64,000 nucleotides of DNA, taken from Takakia lepidozioides (taxonomy: Eukaryota > Plantae > Bryophyta). Positions 49,501 to 64,000 of the stretch are shown one piece after another. Below the pieces are notes generated by a model that did not search any database, had not been told where the DNA came from, and was given only the letters and a program-made list of their open reading frames with translations. Where the stretch lies: assembly GCA_030704615.1 (NCBI GenBank), contig CM060731.1:50778001-50842000 (forward strand). The letters run 5' to 3'. Position numbers and translations under genes: made by a program. Numbering within the stretch: position 1 is the stretch's first letter; every line of letters starts with the position of its first letter.

Positions 49501-52500
49501 TCATATTGAGTCCCACTATTGGAGTGAGCCCCTAACAAAGGTAGTGTCTGTTCCCTTTTGTTCTGTCAAAAACTGGGCCGCAAGGCTACAGCAAACTTAT
49601 GAGTACACACTCTCCCTGCACTGGGTCTTCTCTTTTGCTTTACTTTGTACCTTGATCCTTTGGGCCTCCTGCCATCATCATAATTCCTTTCTTTCCCTCC
49701 TGCGTGGGGACTTTCACATTTGTTCCATATTTTAATTTTTTTCTGGTCGGTATTCTAATTTTGTCCCTTGAGCCATTTGGGCCCCTGACAGACATCCTCT
49801 CTCACTGCTTTGTGAGAAGGGGGGTTCAAAAGTCTATTTATTCCTTCCAAATTTGGAGATTTTTTTCTTTCGGTTTCTTTTCTGCATTCCTGATATCTCA
49901 CTAAAAGAACCTTGTTGTCCAAAATGGGTCCTTACTCCTCGACTGAACATGCAGGAAGCACAAAATGATGCACCCTTACTATATTTGGCATACGCGGACA
50001 TGGAGGTTTCCCATGGATGCATCAGTCGTGCATTAGACATTCTTTGCTACTTTGGATCTGGGACCCCTTACTCTGCCTCCGTTTCAATCAATGACCAGCC
50101 CATTCCCGCACCCCTGATTCTGAAGGCAAGACTGGGTTTTCAACACCACTTACAAAATGTCCGTAGATCACATACATATGTGCGAGACACAGCATCATAT
50201 ACACAGGACCGGTCTGGCTATGGCGGAGCCCTTGATGAGAGAGCAGTGACTGTGGTGGCCTGTGTTGCACTCTTTGAGGAGTTGACTTCAGGGTGGGAAG
50301 CAGCCATCTCCGTATTTGAAGACAGCCTTGCATTCACCCTTCCTGGTACTCACTCATCGTGTTCCTCTTTCTGTCTATCTCCTCTGCCAGAATGTGCCGT
50401 TATTTGTAAACTAAAATAAACCTGATGTCTTCCTAGATGATGTTGATGCTGTCCCATAAATCAACACTCTATTTTTTGTGACCATATCTTCTTGCTGGGG
50501 AAGACAGATTTGGGGGGACCACTTGTATCGGCTTTTGCTTTATTAGAAGTGCATTGCAGAGTGCTACTGTGAATGCAGAGTGCCCGTGGTGACACCTGGG
50601 TCCAGGTAGAAACTCAAAGTGTCTATCGTAGCCAATTTGGGCAGTCAACAGTAATGCTTTCCTGACTGATTTCGGTATGAATGGTCTTGATAGAAAAACG
50701 AAAGCAAAGCAGAGAGTGTGAGGCGCTAATGGAGCGCTACATAGCCATGATGGAAAGGAGTATGCCAGGTCTCAAACCAGCACTTGTCCGTCGCACGGTG
50801 TTGCGAGGGTTTTTACAGTACCCTTACAACCCTTCTCTCTTGGCGGTCTACGTACGGACCACAGCTTCGACTTACCGTCTCCGTCGATTTTTTGATGACT
50901 CTTTTGAAAGGTTTGGCCTCACAGAGCTTATTTGCCTTGCATCAGTGTTGAGGGAGGAACGAGATAGACATTCTCATAGGTATAGATCATTCCCAGGACA
51001 GGTCTATAACTTTGCATACCTTTGCCGTGTATATGGTTCAAATTGAACTGATTGCAAAGGAAGGTTATGGAATGAAGTTTCGAGTGGAGAATTTACACAG
51101 ACAATCCATTTTCTGCCCATCTGCTCACTGTTACAATATATTCGTTATGTATGTTATAATATCCACTGTTCTGTACTCTCATACCCCTTCTATAGCCAAT
51201 GAGAGAGAGAAAGGAAAAGAAAACTTCATAGCCTCCATACAATGTCAGGTAGGGAAAGGAGAAACGGTATCGTCTCTATTTTCTGGTAGTACAAACAGGA
51301 CAGATTCTAGTCTCATTGCGTGTTACTCCAGCACCCTCTCAATGTATGTGTCAGCTTCTGTTATGATATGATCTAGAGTTTCTAAGTTGATTATGAATTT
51401 CAATGTTTGTTGTGGAGATAAATGTGGTTTGACTGTGCAGGAACCCATCAACTATGCTGTGGCTTTTTGCCCTCTCTACAGAATTAGGGAGGGAGAAGGG
51501 GAGCGCCGGAGCTCGCATCAGGAGCCTACTTGAGCGGGCTCTTGAGACAAGGGCTACACAGCAGTCAGTTCTACTCTGGCGTATCTATCTAGCATATGAG
51601 TTTGAGCATACTCACAATGCTGAGGCTGCACGTCGTGTCTATTTGCGAGCTATACACGCCTGTCCCTGGTATATACTCTGTCTCTCTCCCTTTCTCCATC
51701 CATATATCAATATCCATTCTCTGATACATGGTGCGGGGTATTCTCACCAGAGAGTGACCCTTATCAGGAACATCAAGAACATTGTTTCTGCTCCTCTGTT
51801 CACCAACTTAGCCCTGGCCCTAGCCCTGGCCCTGTTGGGGTCTAATTACTGGCAGGTCACACATAGCAGATTGATGCTTCTGTGAAGGGCTTGCTAGAGG
51901 ATATCTGGAAAGCCCAAACTGTTTGTTTATACCAAGGTAACTCCCACTACCAGAGTGAGCCCTCACAAAGGTAGTGTCTGTTCCCTTTGGTTCCACCCAA
52001 ACTAGCTGCGGGGTCTCTGGCCACCAGGTTACGCAAACGTCTTATGAGTACATTCTCACCATTTCTTTTTTCTAGACGGAATGTAAACTCAGGGTGAGGA
52101 GTCTACCTTTTGAACAATGAACAGATGCAGAGAGGCAAGGGAGATTGCCAATGCCCAGTGTGCGGGTGGCCTGAAGACAATACCCATTTTCTGATACACT
52201 GTCCAGGGTTTTCTCATCAGAGAGGACCATCTTCAAGCGCAGTCCCTGCAACTTTGTTGACCAACTTTCAAAATCTCAAGGCCTAATGCCATGTTGGGTT
52301 CTATTTGCTGGGCAGCTCACGCACAGCAGATTGTGCTTGTACTTGTGTGAAGGGCTTTCTAGAGGAAATCTGGAAAGGCCACAAGGCCCCGGCAAATAAC
52401 ATGTGAAGTTTTTCCTTTCTTTCTCTTCCCCTCTCTCTGCCCATGTTGGCTGTAAGAGAATTCTCGCTGCTTTGTTCCGACAGTGTTCCAGAAATTCCTG

Positions 52501-52683
52501 ATGTGTGACTTGAAATGCAGGTCCAAAACACTTTGGCTGGATGGATTCACAAGGCTTAGTGCTATCATGACCACGAAGGAACTATCAGAGTTCCAGGAGA
52601 TAATGCGAGACAAAGAGTTGCGCCTCCGAACAGACGTTTATGAAATCCTCCTTCAAGATGCTGAGAATGATGAAGCGATTTGA
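43585..52683 (+). CDS. NRDE2: NRDE2 nuclear exosome regulator homolog (multi-exon)
   Basis: SLFP...SWLSNSSF; YYFDTRGDRDNLAFGSIYR|MDIARY; RTREFN...RERPQDESVWLAFVQFQ; KKISILEKAL; GHTELA...QAAIEY...FEAFWDS..RVGEEGALGW; SVLLWRIYLAYE...RAIHACPW|SKTLWLDG...KELRLRTD. The first exon junction is approximate. Confidence 0.9.
51815..52400 (+). mobile_element. Intronic LINE 3'-end fragments (family also at ~36700-36900, 38575-38655, 49520-49610, 56910-56985, 57100-57610)
   Basis: Recurrent tail GTTCC.CCCAAACTGG..GCGGGGTC.ATGGCCA.AAGGCTACGGCAA...CTTATGAGTACA. The 57227 copy encodes CGQPEDNIHFLIHCPGYSHQR (LINE C-terminal zinc-finger-like). Confidence 0.7.
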
Positions 52684-54891
52684 GAGAGTCGATTAGCATT
52701 GGGAGATGGATCACTGCTAACCCTTGCAGAATGGTGTCGAGCGGAGGTGAGGCCGGATTGATCCCCATTCATTGTCTATTTCTGCAAAATAATGGCTGGA
52801 CATGACATCACTCGAACAGGATACTGACCTTGTCCGCGATGCTCACAAGTTGCAAAGGAGAGAGGCAAAAGGGTGTATGCTCATGTGTAATCCTTCACCC
52901 ACCTTGCAGTCCCCTCAGAGATAACAGCTCCTGATTCAGTGACAGTCCCATCATGGAATCGTCCTAGCTCTCTCGCAGCTGATGACATCCTAGTTGCTAG
53001 GTTCCAATGTACTCTAGTTGGACTTTTGAGTGGAGGTAGATTCAAAGCTCTCTCGAACTTTGACGTGAAGCAGGGTACCTAGATGTGTTATGAGGGGCAA
53101 TGTTATACCCTCCAGTGGCATAGCCAAAACGTTGCCAGGGCTGCCCTGCAGTGCATAATGAGCACTCCTCTGTGGCATTTATCAACCAACTCATTGCTGC
53201 AGAAGCCGGACATTCTTTGCATTGTTTGACTGGACATCGAGCTTAAAGCACTGTCCATATGAGAAGTGACAGGTAAAAACTAAAAACATGTGACATGTTA
53301 TTACTCTCATCAGTGAGTGGATGAGTTGTTAAACTACCAGAAACTTTGTGGTCCAGGGTAGTGTAAGGTCATCATCTGAGATTGAAATGGTTTTTTGAAA
53401 AATGACATTTGGCAGTCCTTTCATCTGTTGACTTCACACTTCAAGAACTGAATCTGTAAGGCCTGGCCACACCAGCTGTTAAAGGCCCTGTTATGTTATA
53501 CTTAGCAGTGATTTCCTTTAAGTTACGGCCGCACCAAACTGTTAGCGATTGTGCTACATTTAACACTAGCTAGATTTATGAGAGTTCATGGGAAAAAAGT
53601 TAGGGACTAAAACAGATCCAATGAACTTTAACTGGTACATGTGTAAGGCAATGCTATGCCCATTGAGTTTGCTTTACCCACAAGGGTGGATAATTTCCAC
53701 CCATAAGTTATCTAACCTTTGCACCAGGCTTGCCAAAAGGCCTATAACAGGAGGTCAACATATCAAATGTGTTCAAATATGACTGGCAGTAGCAGGTCGA
53801 CCTGCGCAGTCATTTGGCCATTGCCAGTAATATATAGCCTTCAGTTAGCTAGATAAAACTTTTTTTTTTCCTTTAATAAAAAGGGGAAGAAGCCCTTTAT
53901 ATCATATTAATAAAAGAAGTCTGGAAAAAATAACCAGGACAGGAGGCCAGAGGGCTTAAGCGATCGGGTAGCACCCCTGAACCAGCCGCCAAGGGCAAAG
54001 CTCTACACACAGATCATGGCTTACTGGGGAGACCAGCGAGCTAAAAGCCAGCCTGTTTAAAGCCTCATAGAAAATCTATCTAATAGAGCAACAGCGGAAG
54101 GAGACTCAGAAAACTGAGGATTGCTCCATTGCTAAACACTAACTACAGGCTATCTAGGAGGGGACTTCCTTTCTGAAACTTCCTTTCTGAATGGTTGCTC
54201 AAATGTCACAAGGTATAAGATATAGATATCCAGTCATTGCACATAATGAAAATTACATCAAGGGCATCATTTCAAAAGAGAGCGAAACATGCCCATATTT
54301 CAACAGGGAACAAATCATGATCAGATAGTACTTTGAGGATTACCCTGATTTGAGGGCATAACTTACCACCTGGCCCAAACAAGCACCGGCAACTCAAGCA
54401 GTGGTATCAAGCACACTAAAGCCATAATCATAATGTTAAGGTCTCAACATTCAACTATACTTTGCGCATTGAACTGGGTGCCGTAATACTGGTCTTGCTC
54501 CTCATTCCTAATTCCCAATTCCCAAATGGGTAAAGGCCTCACAAATGACATGGCTCCTTTGAGTCAGTCTAGTGTTGCCGCTGCCATTGCCACTCTAAAT
54601 GCAGCTCATAGAAGTGAGTCCAAACTTACTATATACAAAGCCTGTATGTCATACACCCATAAACAGATTAAATTCTTAAGCAAACCTTTTGGTTGTCAAT
54701 AGTACACTGCTCAATCCCTCCCATAAACTGTGAGAAAGATCTGCAATTTGTATTGGAGCCCATGGCTCCACAACAATGGTCAATAAAGAACTCCTGCTTG
54801 ACAATCTGTCTGGACCACAGGAAAAGACGGCAACACGAGGAGAAACCCTCCTAGGGTTCAATACAGACTGCAGCAATTGGCCAACACAGTC

Positions 54892-61155
<6,264 letters not shown>

Positions 61156-61638
61156 AGCTGGAAGCCACTAGCTCCCCAAACTCCCTACGCCTCTAGGCAC
61201 TGCCTCTGGAGTCGCCTTACTCGCATCAATAAACAAAATGTCTCGGTAACGGACAAATCAATTCCCTTTACAAATCCAAAACCAACCTTAAAACACAGAA
61301 ATCAACTCGTGGCACCAGGGGCACCAAACAGAGACAGTTAGACCTATTCAACACGTCAGAAGAACGGCTTCCGAGACTGGAAAGAAAAAACTTGAAAAAA
61401 TCACCATACAGAGAGTTCTCCTCACCAAATCTTCTCGAAAAACAATCCAGGAGAAAGGATCTGCAGGAAGAACGACGTGAAGTACGAAACGCTGCAGATC
61501 TCGCAGCAACAATTGCAGCAACGATCGAAGAGACGAGCGATTGAGAGAGCAAAAAGAGCGCGCAGGCAATGCCTCAGAAACCAGACCCGCTGGCTGCCAT
61601 GCGTTTCGTGCCACGTGTCGGTTATCCATTGCCTCGCG

Positions 61639-61903
61639 AGCACAACACTTTACGTGCGCTGTATGGACGATAAACCCGTCACGTCATCCATCCATTGAGA
61701 GAACGCTCAGAGGAATCATGGATGTGGATCGTCCAAGTGGATGAACTCGTGCTTGGACCGGTGCCCGTGAGAGGCAGCACAATACTTTACGTGCGCTGTA
61801 TGGACGATAAACCCGTCACGTCATCCATCCATTTGAGAGAGCGCTCAGAGGAATCATGGATGTGGATCGTCCAAGTGGAGTGTTTGGACCGGTGCCCGTG
61901 AGA
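61639..61903. repeat. ~137-bp tandem duplication in the GGAT upstream region with ACGT-core motifs
   Basis: Units start at 61639 and 61776, each with TTACGTG, GATAA and GTCACGTCA. G-box/ABRE-like GCCACGTGTC at 61610-61619. Confidence 0.85.
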
Positions 61904-64000
61904 GTCGAAGCAACGCGTTAGAGAGAAGTTACCACGGTTAAAGTAAAGGTCCAAAGGTTACTGTGGTAAGAGTGAGGACACGTAAGGGTCCCTATCTTCT
62001 TCACAAGTGGCTCTCGTCGTCTCCGCTCTCGCTCGTTCGGATGCAGTCGAGGAAAGCCAAGCAGGTCTACAGGCACCACTCATTTGTCGCTGAGTGGGCG
62101 TCAGAGTCTATCATCATCGATCCCTTCACTCACCTTGCCATTGGTGCAGATCCACTGAGATGAATGTGTGATGTTCCTGTGATGCATGAACGTTGAGTAA
62201 TATGTTCCTGCACAGGCGATTCTTTCGCAAGCCAGTGATAACTGGTAATGGAATCGAAGTCCATCATCTACTAGGCCCCACATGGCTGCATGCGGAGATA
62301 TTTTATCAAACACTGGCTGCGCAACGACCAAGGTTATGTGTCGAGAAGGGTGTTGTGATGAATTCAAAAACTTGTAATTTTCACACATGATATGATATTA
62401 GGAGGATGCGAGTGTGCACCCACTTTCCCTTTGCCCTCTAGTAGGGCAACTCTGCGAGAGACAGACCTAGGTGTTTGAGTCCGCATCGTTGACAAAATGA
62501 CGCCTTTGCTTTACTTAAGTACTCTCCTCTGATTCCCAGAAGTGCCATTACAGTTTGACGAATAAGTGTGACCTCTCACTCTCAAGTGCTCCTCTTCAAA
62601 AGCCACATGATGATTATGTCTCATTCGCTTTTGTAGGCGATTAATTGACGTTTTCTGCCTCCTGATTGTCCACTTGAGGAAAGGTCACGTTGAAGGTGCC
62701 TGATTCAAGTCCTCCTGCTTCTCCGAATCCCAAATTGACCGGGTTTTACCTACAGAAGTGAACTCTCAATCCGCAGTGCTTCGAAGGTACCACTGATCAT
62801 GTGCTCGAGATTTCTGCGTGCACCCCAATTTCACCGCTTTCAGAGCGACTCCCCGGTTCGACATCAAGATGCTATATGTCCTCCGAACATTGACAATCCA
62901 TGTACATAGTCGTATGTAGCACCATGGCACCCACTATCGTTCACTGGTGGCAAAAGTAGGTGTGACAGCGAATGAAAGCACTATTTCCTTGCATGTCATT
63001 TGCCCTCAGATAATCTACTAACAGCAATGCACTAACTGGTCAGTGTACATTCCATTTCAGCTAGAACCCCATCATAACCCTGGACAATTGATATACTTCT
63101 TGTGTTCTGCTAAGGTCGAATAACCTACAGGCCAGTCACTTAGGCAGTTTTTGCAGTCTAAGGAAAACCGCACCAATTTGAATGAATGAGCTGCAAGTGG
63201 AGATTCCAAGTCCAGGCTCATTCAGAGCCGAAGACTCATCTTCCTCCACAGCACAGTTTGATAACACTCCAGATTTGGGAAGGTGACAAATTGGTCTTTC
63301 CTGCCCCAAACTCTCCAATGGAAGTTAGCTCGGCAACCGATAACATCCCACAGGGCTATAACACAAGCTAGTTGAACGCAAACAGGAATCCTTTCCCTTC
63401 TCATAGCTGTCTCCGGTAGCTGTAGTAAACTTTCTTTCTTTTGTTCTGTCCTTATTTCTCTAATTGAATACGATTATACAGAAGCTCATCTGTAGCCCTT
63501 GTAAGGGCATTCTGCGTGCTTCTTCCGCTAAGCTAGATGCACTCCCAGCCCAGTAAAAGTGAAAAACAATTTTGAGACTGAGACAGGCTAGGTCCAGCAC
63601 AACTCAACTATGCGGAGGGTAGAAGAGGAACTTACACAATTAATAAACATACCTTGAAAGCTGATTGGTTTTCTCAAGGCCTCGGAGGCACGATACCCGT
63701 CCCTCGCAAGGGACACGCTCAGGCTTGCCCCGTTTCCAATCTGGTCGACACCGCTTTCAGCTCCAGAGTCTAGCCCTTAGGCTGTTGCATCATATCATAA
63801 GCGACCCAACGCCCCAAAAACGCATGACGCTACCGATTGTTTCCTGTGAGAAAAAGAGGAGAGAGCCGCAAAAAGATGTAGAAATCTTCGCTTATCGAAT
63901 AATCTTCACCTGAGCCAGTTCATCCCTGTATCATCGCTGACGTGTGTCCATATACTGTATTTTAGGAACTAGATCGTCGCAGTGAATGTCACGAGGCCAC

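Noticed and set aside
62000-64000. Short ORFs at the right edge
   Set aside because: No recognisable homology or consistent splice structure.

Overview
Eukaryotic, intron-containing land-plant DNA. A non-seed plant is likely (inferred from PLS-class PPR debris and retroelement type), but the species cannot be called. The left half (1-31.5 kb) is repeat-rich. The right half holds three spliced host genes: SAS10/UTP3-like (minus, 34389-43064), NRDE2 (plus, ~43585-52683) and peroxisomal glutamate:glyoxylate aminotransferase GGAT (minus, 54892-61155). The main system is a young 11.5 kb Ty3/Gypsy-type retroelement (15870-27349, minus). It encodes an extra ORF, Gag, protease, a complete DNMT3-like C5-cytosine methyltransferase, RT, RNase H, DDE integrase and a C-terminal PHD finger. 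Its termini are not two ordinary LTRs but split, circularly permuted direct repeats (B-body-A-B-A in coding sense) around a palindromic GACA-GC-TGTC junction. It also has a 4-bp TSD, a putative self-priming site matched by a hairpin loop in the LTR, and a UAG-CAA-CCA leaky-stop context between the methyltransferase and RT. Separately, the left edge (74-3411, minus) carries a spliced gene or pseudogene for a bacterial-type beta-class N4C/N6A DNA methyltransferase homolog with degenerate motifs. All calls were read by eye; no searches were run.
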